The position numbers and the translations under genes were made by a program. DNA of 64,000 nt from an uncultured Methanosarcinaceae archaeon (lineage in GTDB: Archaea; Halobacteriota; Methanosarcinia; Methanosarcinales; Methanosarcinaceae), in assembly GCA_963727895.1 (NCBI GenBank), contig CAVSHT010000011.1, positions 286,299 to 350,298 of the forward strand, written 5' to 3'. This document shows positions 31,457-41,768 of this stretch, piece after piece. The notes beneath the pieces are model-generated. The model was not told the DNA's origin and did no database searches. It saw only the letters and a list, made by a program, of their open reading frames with translations. Each line of letters opens with the position of its first letter. Position 1 is the stretch's first letter.

Positions 31457-33442
31457 ATGCAAGATCACGAAATTAATAATAAAAAATTAAAGTCTTTAAA
31501 AACTTTAATTCTTGGAGAGCCACGTAACCCTTTTGATAATGATATTTTCCATAAAGTTTCTTTAATAGCGCTCTTCGCATGGGTAGGTCTGGGATCTGAT
31601 GCAATGTCTTCTGCATCATATGGTCCTGAAGAAGCATACTTGGCATTGGGAAATCACATTTACCTTGCCATATTTGTAGCACTGAGTATTATATTAACTA
31701 TTTTTGTAATTAGTACAAGTTATTCGCAGATAATTGAACTATTTCCCACAGGAGGTGGTGGCTATTTAGTCGCTAGCAAATTGCTGTCTCCATCTCTTGG
31801 AATGTTTTCTGGTTGTGCACTCCTTATAGACTATGTGCTCACGATTGCTATATCAATAGCAAGTGGCGTAGATGCCATGCTAAGTTTTCTACCAATAAGC
31901 TGGCACATATTAAAATTAGGGTTTGCTTTTTTTGTAATTATGGGAATTATAGTATTAAATTTGAGAGGAATTAAAGAATCAGTTATATTTTTAATACCTA
32001 TATTCGCATTATTCGTAATTGCTCATGTCATCCTAATACTATATGCTCTTTATTTCCATGCAGCAAACATGCCGACAGTAGCAAGTAATACTGTAACTGA
32101 TGTCCATTCTATAGTATCAGGTGCAGGAATCTCAGCATTGCTTTTTATTATTCTACATTCATATAGCATGGGTGCAGGAACATATACAGGAATTGAAGCT
32201 GTAAGTAATGCAGTTCCAATTATGAGAGAACCCAGGGTAAAAACGGCAAAGAGAACTATGCATCTCATGGCGATTTCGCTGGCGTTTATGGCATCAGGGC
32301 TGATGCTTACCTACATATTATACCATGTTTCTCCAGAAGCTGGAAAAACTCTGAATGCTATTCTTTTTGAACATATTACTAGTTCTTGGGGACCTTTCGG
32401 TCATTATTTTGTAATAGCAACTCTCATATCAGAAGCAGGTCTATTGTTTGTAGCCGCACAGACTGGATTTATAGATGGTCCAAGGGTTCTGGCAAATATG
32501 GCACTCGATAGATGGGTACCTACAAGGTTCGCAACCCTGAGTGATAGGCTTGTAACACAGAACGGAATCTTAATAATGGGTCTCTCAGCGTTAGCTATGG
32601 TTCTTCTTACTCAAGGTTCAGTCCAAACTCTAATAGTGCTTTACAGCATAGCAGTTTTCATAACATTCATTCTATCCCAGGCAGGAATGGTCCGTCACTG
32701 GTGGAAAGTTAAAACGAACGTAAAAGACTGGAAGAAGAAATTAATTATCAATGGTACCGGGCTGCTTCTAACAATTTTAATATTAATGTCAGTGATATTG
32801 GTTAAGTTCAGTGAAGGCGGATGGGTAACATTGCTTATTATCGGAGCTTTTGCTGGAATTGTTATCCTCATAAGGCGCCATTATGACAATGCTTCAGAGC
32901 TTATTAAAGAGCTGAATGCAAAGATAATCAATTCTCCTGAAAATATGAATCTGATTAAAAATGATACACCTGATAAATCTAATCTGCAGGATAAGACCGC
33001 AGTGCTCCTTGTAAACGGTTTTAACGGTTTAGGGATGCAGGCGCTGTCAACTATATTCAAGTTATTTGGCGGAATGTATAAAAATTTTGTATTTGTCCAA
33101 ATTGGTGTAATTGATGCAGGTGTATTCAAAGGAGAAGAAGAAATTAAAGAACTCCAGACTCAGGTATCTAAAGACGTAGATAAATACGTAAAATTAATGT
33201 CATCACACGGTTACCATGCAGAAGGTTTTACTGCAGTAGGTACTGATGTTGTTGAAGAGATTACAAAACTAGCGCCAGAGATATTAACGAAGTTCCCTAA
33301 CGCTGTATTCTTTGGTGGACAGATTGTCTTGCCGAATGACTCGATGCTTACAAGATGGCTACATAACTATACTGTTTTCGCGTCACAGAGAAAACTATAT
33401 GCAGACGGCATTCCTTTTGTAGTTTTGCCTATAAAAGTATAA
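31457..33442 (+). CDS. APC-superfamily permease, KimA (YdaO)-like K+ transporter
   Basis: SDAMSSASYGPEE, GGGGY, LLIDYVLT.A.S, TGIEAVSN, LYSIAVF, KFSEGGW and a cytoplasmic C-terminal domain. Confidence 0.85.
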   Translation: MQDHEINNKKLKSLKTLILGEPRNPFDNDIFHKVSLIALFAWVGLGSDAMSSASYGPEEAYLALGNHIYLAIFVALSIILTIFVISTSYSQIIELFPTGGGGYLVASKLLSPSLGMFSGCALLIDYVLTIAISIASGVDAMLSFLPISWHILKLGFAFFVIMGIIVLNLRGIKESVIFLIPIFALFVIAHVILILYALYFHAANMPTVASNTVTDVHSIVSGAGISALLFIILHSYSMGAGTYTGIEAVSNAVPIMREPRVKTAKRTMHLMAISLAFMASGLMLTYILYHVSPEAGKTLNAILFEHITSSWGPFGHYFVIATLISEAGLLFVAAQTGFIDGPRVLANMALDRWVPTRFATLSDRLVTQNGILIMGLSALAMVLLTQGSVQTLIVLYSIAVFITFILSQAGMVRHWWKVKTNVKDWKKKLIINGTGLLLTILILMSVILVKFSEGGWVTLLIIGAFAGIVILIRRHYDNASELIKELNAKIINSPENMNLIKNDTPDKSNLQDKTAVLLVNGFNGLGMQALSTIFKLFGGMYKNFVFVQIGVIDAGVFKGEEEIKELQTQVSKDVDKYVKLMSSHGYHAEGFTAVGTDVVEEITKLAPEILTKFPNAVFFGGQIVLPNDSMLTRWLHNYTVFASQRKLYADGIPFVVLPIKV

Positions 33443-33511
33443 AGAAATACGAAAGAGTAGATACTTAGCGTTGTACTCGTTTGGTACTTATAGACACTCT
33501 AAAAATCAAAA

Positions 33512-33540
33512 AATGGTATACCATTCAATGGTATACCATT
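33512..33540. repeat. Double palindrome between convergent genes
   Basis: AATGGTATACCATT-C-AATGGTATACCATT. Confidence 0.85.
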
Positions 33541-33578
33541 AAGTATTCAGATATATCTAGTTCTCATTAGTTTTCACA

Positions 33579-34373
33579 TTACAAACGTTCAAGTGCAAGA
33601 GCCCCAAGAAACGCCATTGTTTCAAATAACTCTTTGTTTTCCGGAATTAAACCTTCTTCAGGTTTATCAAAAGCAAACGCCATAATTCCAAAGATCTTTT
33701 TGTTAATTTTAATGGGAATATAATATCCTCTTCCTGTAGACAAATTATCTGTTCCATAACCAGCTGCCTGGCCATTGTTGTAAGCCCATATGGCAATAGC
33801 TTTTTCTTCTTCATTGAGCAGATAGTCAGAGTCTCCAGTTTCTATATAAACTTCCATATGATCATAGTTAAGTACTGCAAAGGTACCTGGTCCAAAATTG
33901 TACATCTCATTTGCAAGAGTTCTAAATGCATCTTTCCGCGTTTTTGCCTTAACAAGTTTGCGGGAAAGTCCTGACGTTGCTCCTACTTCAGCTTCACTTT
34001 GCGACATTTGAGGTAGAAGATGACTTAATCGGGTGGCAAGACTGCTGATTATAAGGGCAAGTGTGACATATCCAATAAAAGATATGAAGTACTGAAAGTC
34101 GTAGATAACAAAAGTATAGTAAGGATCAACAAAAAGAAAATCGAAGATGAATATGCTTAGACATGCCGTAAACAGAGAAACTCCACGACTGAAAAAAAAA
34201 GCAGACACTAGGACAGGAACCAATTGAGTAACCAGTAAGTTTGTAGATCCAATGTACTCTTTAAGAAGGAAATTGATACACACTACAGCTACAACTAAAA
34301 TAAAGCTAATTGCGTACTCTGCTGTAAAAAAAGGTGGATTCTGTTTTTTTAGAGGTATGTATATAATGTTTAT
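33579..34373 (-). CDS. KdpD membrane (DUF4118) plus GAF-only paralogue; start codon appears as ATA
   Basis: Aligns with the C-terminal part of 35032-36969 and has the same terminus FETMAFLGALALERL; frame is open upstream of the track start to ATA at 34373, just after AAGGAG. Confidence 0.8.
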   Translation of the reverse strand: MNIIYIPLKKQNPPFFTAEYAISFILVVAVVCINFLLKEYIGSTNLLVTQLVPVLVSAFFFSRGVSLFTACLSIFIFDFLFVDPYYTFVIYDFQYFISFIGYVTLALIISSLATRLSHLLPQMSQSEAEVGATSGLSRKLVKAKTRKDAFRTLANEMYNFGPGTFAVLNYDHMEVYIETGDSDYLLNEEEKAIAIWAYNNGQAAGYGTDNLSTGRGYYIPIKINKKIFGIMAFAFDKPEEGLIPENKELFETMAFLGALALERL

Positions 34374-34563
34374 CTGCTCCTTTCTAATTCAGATGGTTTG
34401 TGTGAAATCTAACTTTTCTATATTTTAAATAAATTATATTAATGAATAATAGTGTGCTTCACATCCTCTTGCATTTCTTTTTATTTTCTGAATGTGTAAC
34501 TGAGTGTGTTATTAAGTATATGCTGTCAATATTTAAGTACTTAAATATATATATTAACAAAGA

Positions 34564-34824
34564 ATGAACAAAATCTCGTTTACAGTCAACACTATATGGT
34601 GTGTTTTGATTGTCTCATTAATTGTGATTTTGAATTTACTTAAAATTGATCTTTCACTACAATTTCTGATTATAGTTATCTTAATGATTCCATTGGCATA
34701 TATAAACTACTTTCTTTCAAAGTCAATTCTCACTTATTTAAATGTAATCGCAGATGATTCAGCTAATAGTAATGAAGAGATTCAAAAATTAGTATATTTA
34801 TCTAAACCAAATCAAAAACAATAA
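34564..34824 (+). CDS. Small hypothetical membrane protein
   Basis: 86 aa with two hydrophobic segments; AT-rich. Confidence 0.4.
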   Translation: MNKISFTVNTIWCVLIVSLIVILNLLKIDLSLQFLIIVILMIPLAYINYFLSKSILTYLNVIADDSANSNEEIQKLVYLSKPNQKQ

Positions 34825-35031
34825 ATGAGACTGTGTAACTTGCAGGGTCTGAGATAAATATTCAATAACCTCTTAAATCATTTAAAAAACAAAAATCAAA
34901 TTTATTTTTGAAACATTCTGCTTTAATAGACCTTGTTATGGAGATTCAATAGTTATCACTACTCATATAAAAGAAAATTAATATCTTGATTTTCTATATA
35001 AGTCGAAATAAATTATGTAGCTGTTTACAAT

Positions 35032-36969
35032 TTAAAGGCGTTCAAGTGCAAGAGCCCCGAGAAACGCCATTGTTTCAAATATCTCTTTATTTTCCGGAAT
35101 TAAACCTTCTTCAGGTTTATCAAAAACAAACGCCATAATTCCAAAAATCATTCTATGGGTCTTGATTGGAATATAGTATCCTTTTCCTGCAGGAAGATTA
35201 TCTGTTCCAGACCCAGCTATTTGACCATTTTCATAAGCCCATCGAGCAATAGCCCTTTCTTTATCATGTAAAGGATAGGTAGTATCGCCAGCGCTTATCT
35301 GGAGCCCAGATGGACTGGGTATAAGTACTGCAAAAATTCCGGGTCCAAAATTATGCATTTGATCAGCAAGGATTTTGAAGACTTCTTGACGTGTTTTTGC
35401 CTCCACGAGTTCACGAGAAAGACCTGATGTCGCTTCCACTTCAGCTTCACTTTGCCATATCTGTGGCAGAAGGTGGCGCAGTCTTGTAGCAAGGTGACTA
35501 ATTATAAAAGCAATAGTAACATACCCGACAAAAGCAATAAAGTATTCTCTGTCATTGACAGTAAATGTATAGTAAGGTTTGACAAAAAGAAAATCGAAAA
35601 CCAAAATACTCAAAACCGCCGTAAACAGAGCCACTCTACGTCTGAAAAAAAACGCAGATACCAGAACTGGAATAAGTTGAATTATCAGCAAGTTTGAAGA
35701 ACTGATATATTCTTTAAGAAAAAAATTTATGCTTACAATGGCTGTAATCAGGATGAGGCTGATCACATACTCAACTGTAAAGAAAAGTGGAATTTGCTTT
35801 TTTAGAGGTATATAAACGCTTTTTCCTTTTGGTTCATATAAGTGAATGTCAATACCATACGATTTTCGTATCACTCTGTAAACCGGAGAGGATAGAATAT
35901 CCAGACCATGTGGTTTTCCTAACATGATCATACTGACGTTTCGCCTTCTGGCATAACGAACAATCTCATCAGCTACGTCATTTCCACGGTAACGTACTAT
36001 TCTTCCACCTAATCTTCTCCCTGTTTCGAGAGACTGGTTTATCCATAGGCGCTCCTGAGAAGATAATGCTATTTCATCATTGACATCTACCGAAAAAACA
36101 ATTAAGTCAGCATCGAATCTGGTTGCAAGCCTGTATGCTGCCCTGACCATATGCTCAGCTGTCGGACCTGGACGAATACAGACAAGAAGCCTTTCTGCTG
36201 CCGGCCAGGGACCCGGGATAGCCCGAGTCCTCATATAGCCTATCATTTTCTTGTCTGTAGATTCAGCCATATATCGTAGAGCAAGCTGCCTGAGTGCAAG
36301 AAGATTCCCTACTCTGAAAAAGCTTTGAACAGCTGTCTCAGCCATATCTTTTACATAGACTTTTCCGGCTTTGAGACGAAGATTTAGCTCTTCTGGAGTA
36401 ATGTCAATTAATCGAATCTCATCTGCGTTAGAAAAAAAAGTGTCCGGTACAGTTTCGGACACTCTGATTCCAATTATCTGCGCTACGGCATCGTTCTGGC
36501 TCTCAATATGCTGAATATTGACAGTTGTATAAACCGAAATTCCTGCTTGCAGGAGTTCTTCTACATCCTGGTACCGTTTCAAATGCCTGCTACCGGGAGC
36601 ATTGGTGTGGGCTAACTCGTCTACAAGAACGATTTGTGGATGGCGTCGGATGATTGCGTCGAGATCAATTTCCCTGAGTGAAAGGTTCTGATGTTCGATA
36701 GAAAGTGTTGGAATGACTTCAAAGTTCTCGACCAGAGCATTGGTCTCAGGTCTGTCATGAGTCTCGATATAGCCAATTAAGACATCTTTTCCTTCTTGTT
36801 TCCTCTGAATTGCATCTTGAAGCATTGAATAGGTTTTTCCAACACCTGCTGCATATCCAAGGTAAACTGTTAGTCTTCCCTCATTAGCCTTTTTTTCATC
36901 ACTACGAGCAATGAAAAGCAGGTCTTCAGCCCGCGGTCTTGCTTCGTCATCGAAACGGTTAGACGCCAC
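35032..36969 (-). CDS. kdpD: KdpD lacking the histidine kinase domain (KdpD-N, USP, DUF4118, GAF)
   Basis: GYAAGVGKTYSML, LVDELAHTN, KRYQDVEELL, NIQHIES; ends after GAF with no H-box or HATPase. Confidence 0.9.
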   Translation of the reverse strand: MASNRFDDEARPRAEDLLFIARSDEKKANEGRLTVYLGYAAGVGKTYSMLQDAIQRKQEGKDVLIGYIETHDRPETNALVENFEVIPTLSIEHQNLSLREIDLDAIIRRHPQIVLVDELAHTNAPGSRHLKRYQDVEELLQAGISVYTTVNIQHIESQNDAVAQIIGIRVSETVPDTFFSNADEIRLIDITPEELNLRLKAGKVYVKDMAETAVQSFFRVGNLLALRQLALRYMAESTDKKMIGYMRTRAIPGPWPAAERLLVCIRPGPTAEHMVRAAYRLATRFDADLIVFSVDVNDEIALSSQERLWINQSLETGRRLGGRIVRYRGNDVADEIVRYARRRNVSMIMLGKPHGLDILSSPVYRVIRKSYGIDIHLYEPKGKSVYIPLKKQIPLFFTVEYVISLILITAIVSINFFLKEYISSSNLLIIQLIPVLVSAFFFRRRVALFTAVLSILVFDFLFVKPYYTFTVNDREYFIAFVGYVTIAFIISHLATRLRHLLPQIWQSEAEVEATSGLSRELVEAKTRQEVFKILADQMHNFGPGIFAVLIPSPSGLQISAGDTTYPLHDKERAIARWAYENGQIAGSGTDNLPAGKGYYIPIKTHRMIFGIMAFVFDKPEEGLIPENKEIFETMAFLGALALERL

Positions 36970-36980
36970 AATTTCCTCCT

Positions 36981-37538
36981 TCAGTTAGATTGACTTCTTT
37001 TATCAAGTGCCATGTTTAGCGACAGCACATTTACATAAGCTCCTGTAAATGGAGAATCAACAGATTCTGAAAGTACTAGATCCTTAATTTCTTCTTCTGG
37101 AATATTTCGGGCTTTTGCCACTACAGGCACCTGTATCAGTGCAGATTCCAGGCTGATATGAGGATCAAGTCCACTGGCTGAAGACATAACTAGATCAGAA
37201 GGTATCTGGCTGGTAACCCCAGCTTTTTTGAGTTCATTTGTTCGGTTGTGGACAAGTTCCAGAAGAACTGGATTTGTTGAACCGAAGTTTGATCCTCCAG
37301 AAGAACTTGCATTATATCCATTAGCTGATGGTCTGCTCTGGAAGTATTGAGGTGCAGTGAAGTTCTGACCAATGAGAGTGGACCCAATAATCCGGTTGTC
37401 ATTATCAACAATCAGGCTTCCATGAGCCTGATTTGGAAAAAGTAAACCAGAAACAAGTGTCACTGCCATGGGATAGACTAAACCTGTAATAATAAACAAC
37501 ACTGCAAATAGTAACGTGGCTTTTTTGATTGATGTCAC
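36981..37538 (-). CDS. kdpC: K+-transporting ATPase subunit C
   Basis: GSTLIGQNF, YFQSRPSA, SGGSN, SASGLDPHIS. Confidence 0.95.
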   Translation of the reverse strand: MTSIKKATLLFAVLFIITGLVYPMAVTLVSGLLFPNQAHGSLIVDNDNRIIGSTLIGQNFTAPQYFQSRPSANGYNASSSGGSNFGSTNPVLLELVHNRTNELKKAGVTSQIPSDLVMSSASGLDPHISLESALIQVPVVAKARNIPEEEIKDLVLSESVDSPFTGAYVNVLSLNMALDKRSQSN

Positions 37539-37550
37539 TTCAATACCTCC

Positions 37551-39616
37551 TCAGGCATGAATAAAAACTGCCAGTATCATATCGATTATTTTGATTCCAA
37601 TAAACGGTGCGATTATTCCTCCAAGGCCAAAAATGGTCAGGTTATAGGCAAAGAGTTTCGATGCCGGCACACTCTTGAACTTAACTCCGGCAAGAGCAAG
37701 AGGAATCAACATTGGAATTACCAGAGCATTGAATATGACTGCCGAAAGAATGGCTGATTCAGGGGTTGCAAGGCCCATGATATTCAGGATTTTAAGCTGC
37801 GGATAAATACCTATAAGAGCAGCAGGGATAATTGCAAAATATTTGGCTATATCATTTGCAATGGAGAAAGTTGTCAGAGCTCCTCTTGTCATCAGAATCT
37901 GCTTTCCAATCTCGACAATGTCCAGCAGCTTTGTGGGATCGCTGTCAAGGTCAATTATGTTTGCAGCTTCTCTTGCAGGTTGCGTTCCATTGTTCATTGC
38001 CACGGCTACATCGGCTTGAGCAAGAGCAGGAGCATCATTTGTTCCATCCCCTGTCATGGCAACCATGTACCCTTCATTCTGGTATTCCTTGATCATTCTA
38101 AGTTTATCATCAGGTTTAGCTTCTGCCAGGTAATCATCTACACCGGCTTCTGCTGCAATAGTAGCGGCAGTAAGAGGATTGTCTCCTGTGATCATAATCG
38201 TCTTTATGCCAATACGACGCAGATCTGAAAATCTTTCCTTAATACCTGTTTTTAGAGATATCTTTCAGGAATATAACACCTAGAATTGTCTCGTTACGAG
38301 CTACTACAAGGGGAGTGCCACCTGCAGTTGCAACTCCATCTACTTTCCCTTTAAGATCCGAAGGAATGTTTCCTCCACGTTCCACAACAGCCTTTGTTAC
38401 TGCATCGTAAGCGCCCTTTAGGTAAGTTGTTTCACCACACTGTGGCAGCACTAACTCTTGTTGCGGCTGAAAATGGTATAAATGTTACATTTTTGGGAGA
38501 ATCTGGAGTTTTTCCTGTTTTTTCCTGAATTAAAGAAATAATGCTTTTACCTTCAGGAGTATCGTCTGCAAATGAAGAGAGAAGGGCAGCTTCCGTCAAT
38601 TCTTCATTTGATCTGCCATCTACTGTCAAAAAATCAGCTGCTTGCCGGTTACCTAAGGTAATTGTACCTGTTTTATCCAGAAGCAAGACATTTACATCTC
38701 CTGCAGCTTCGATGGCTCTTCCTGAAAGAGCTATGACGTTTAACTGGAATAAACGATCCATTCCGGCTATTCCTATTGCTGGAAGCAGAGCTGCAATAGT
38801 TGTGGGCGCTAAACAAACAAATAGCGCAATGAGTATAGTAAGACTTGCTGGTGAACCCCTTCCGCATGAAGCGGCGCTATATGCAGAAACTGAGTAAGTA
38901 TTGGCTACAACTGCTAAAAATACACCCGTGAGTGCAATGAGGAGTATCTCGAGAGCTATTTCGTTAGGAGTTTTCCTCCTTTCTGCACCTTCTACCATCG
39001 AGATCATGCGATCAAGGAAAGTCTGTCCTGGATCAGCAGTGATTTTGACAATAATCTCATTGGCAATAACTGTGGTTCCTCCGGTAACAGCGCTCCGGTC
39101 ACCTCCTGATTCACGTACAACTGGAGCTGACTCTCCAGTAATTGCGGATTCGTTAACTAGCGCAGCTCCTTTTACAACTTCTCCGTCTCCAGGAATTATT
39201 TCGTTAGCTTTTACAAGTACAAGATCGCCTTTTCGAAGATCAGAAGAAGGTATTTCGGTAGAATCAGCATCAAAAGAATCTGCTGTAAGCTTTCTGGCTG
39301 GAACACTGGTTCTTGACTGCCTGAGGGATGCTGCTCTAGCTTTTCCACGACCTTCAGATAGAGCCTCTGCAAAGTTTGAAAATAATACTGTCAGCCATAG
39401 CCAGAAGGACACAAAGATTGTAAAGAATGGAGATTTTTGAGTAACAATCTCAATTACAGAGCTAATTGTGGTCAGGATACCTCCGATTTCCACAAGTAGC
39501 ATAACCGGATTTTCTTTCTGCTGGCGCAGATCAAGTTTCAGCAATGAACTGACAAGTGCTTCACGAATGAGTTTAGGCTCAAAAGCACCTAAACGAGGGA
39601 ATCGTTTTCTTGACAT
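37551..39616 (-). pseudogene. kdpB: K+-transporting ATPase subunit B, two +1 frameshifts (about 38443 and 38257)
   Basis: [31 protein letters not shown] all present across three frames. Confidence 0.92.
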
Positions 39617-39618
39617 TA

Positions 39619-41330
39619 TTAAATCCCTCCTACCATAGAGAGATGTTCAGCAATTGGCCCCATTGCAAAGAGCGGGAAGAATGTAAGAGCTCCGATGATA
39701 AGGATCACCAGAATTATCCAGACTGAAAATGTAATGGAGTCTGTGGGAAGAGTTCCTGAACTGGGTGGAACTTTTTTCTTTTGTGCTAGTGATCCCGCCA
39801 TGGCTAGCATGGAAACTGCAGGTACGAATCTACCTACCAGCATTGCCAGGCTGCCTGTGAGTGTGTAGAAAGGTTTTGATGCATCAAACCCGGCAAAGGC
39901 GCTACCGTTATTGTTAGCCATTGATGCAAAAGCGTATATTAGTTCAGATAGCCCATGCGGGCCTGGATTTTTCATTAATTCTGTGACATTTGGAAGAACC
40001 AATGCAATGCCTGAAAGCAGAAGAACCATAACTACCAGGAACCAGGACCGTTATTACGGCTGCCCTCATCTCTAATACCTCTATCTTTTTTCCGAGGTAT
40101 TCGGGAGTTCTTCCTATCATCAGTCCTGCAATGAATACTGAAAGCACTATAAATCCGATCATAGTGTAGAAACCAGATCCGACTCCTCCAAAGGCAACCT
40201 CGCCAAGGAGAATCATAAACATTGTCACAAGACCGCCAAGAGGAGTGAGTGAATCATGCATGGAGTTGACTGCGCCACAGGAAGTTGCTGTGGTGGCTGT
40301 GGCAAAAAGTGAAGATCCCATTAACCCGAATCTTACTTCCTTTCCCTCCATGGATATTCCAGAAACACCCAGTTCTTTTACAAGAGGGTTTCCTGCCAGT
40401 TCTGCAGCGTAGAGGGTAAAAAAGTCCACATAGAAATAATATTAGCATAACAGTGTAAATCATCCATCCCTGCCGAATTTTGACCGGTCATTTTTCCAAA
40501 GACCAGAGGCAGGGTTGCAGGTATAATAAGAATAAGAAAAATTTCAATCAAATTAGTCAAAGGTGTTGGATTTTCATAGGGATGTGCAGAGTTTGCATTG
40601 AAAAATCCTCCTCCATTGGTACCAAATTCTTTTATTGCTTCCTGGGAGGCTACAGGCCCCATTGCAATTGTCTGCTGTCCTGGAGAGCCATATCCTGTAG
40701 CTTGAACATAAGGATCAAGATTCTGGATAACTCCCTGGGAAGCCAGAATTAAGGCAAAAATGAAAGCTATCGGCAAAAGAATGTAAAGGGTACAGCGAGT
40801 CATATCGACCCAGAAATTACCGATTTTATCTGTAGAATGACGGGTAATTCCTCTCATTACTGCAATTGCTATGCAGATGCCTGTAGCTGCGGAAAGGAAA
40901 TTCTGGACTGTAAAACCAGCCATCTGGGTAAGATAGCTTGCTGTTGTCTTCACCACTGTAGACCTGCCAGTTTGTATTGGTGACAAAACTAACAGCAGTG
41001 TTAATTGCAGTGAATAGATCAAAAGCCCCGAAATTTTTCGGGGTTGAAAGGAAGAAAACCTTGAAGAAGAAGCAGTGCGAAGAGAATTACAAAACCTATA
41101 CAATTGAAAATGAGCATATCGTGAGCGTAGCCCTTCCACTCATTTTCTGTATCTGGATCTGTCTCAATTAATCTGTAGATTGTTTTTTCTATAAAACCTG
41201 GAATTCCTCGGGATAATTCTCCGGAAAAAACCCGGACAAAAAAACTACTGAAAGGTAATGCAACCCCGGTAACAATGACCAAAAAGAGGAGGAGCATTAA
41301 ACCTTCTATGGTTGTATTTTCTGTTATCAT
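39619..41330 (-). pseudogene. kdpA: K+-transporting ATPase subunit A, five +1 frameshifts
   Basis: [44 protein letters not shown] filter motifs all intact; breaks at about 41030, 40947, 40483, 40420, 40030. Confidence 0.92.
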
Positions 41331-41386
41331 TTAGTTCACGACTGTTTTTTTACATAGTTTGAAATAACTATTTTTGGTTCATAGCC

Positions 41387-41497
41387 GCTGTACTAGTTTA
41401 AAACAAGAACCTTTATAGGTCCACTGTTGTTGAATTCAGTTTGAAGCAAGAACCACATTAGGGTTACTGCTATTGAATTCAGCTTGAAACGAGAACC
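41387..41497 (-). repeat. Three 43-bp-period repeats upstream of kdpA
   Basis: AGAACC ends at 41411, 41454, 41497; two copies contain TTGAATTCAG. Confidence 0.85.
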
Positions 41498-41768
41498 TTT
41501 TCTCGGATGGATAACAAATGGAGTGCATAATGTAGATAGGGCTATAAATACCTTATTTGTCAATTAAATAAACTTATTATGTATACAACATTAAAAGTAA
41601 AATTATTTTAAAAGTTTCGGGGAGTTTTTTCTATTGGATGGAGAATTCTTTTAATTATGAGAAGCATGAATATTATGGTCAGTATAAGAAACTAATTTTT
41701 AAGCGTATAATCAAAAAATTAGCATGTATATTGAAAAGTATTTCACTAAGTGATGTACTGTATAATAT

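Noticed and set aside
41331..41520. kdpF small gene
   Set aside because: The only short ORF (MWFLLQTEFNNSGPIKVLVLN) lies in the repeats and lacks KdpF hydrophobic character
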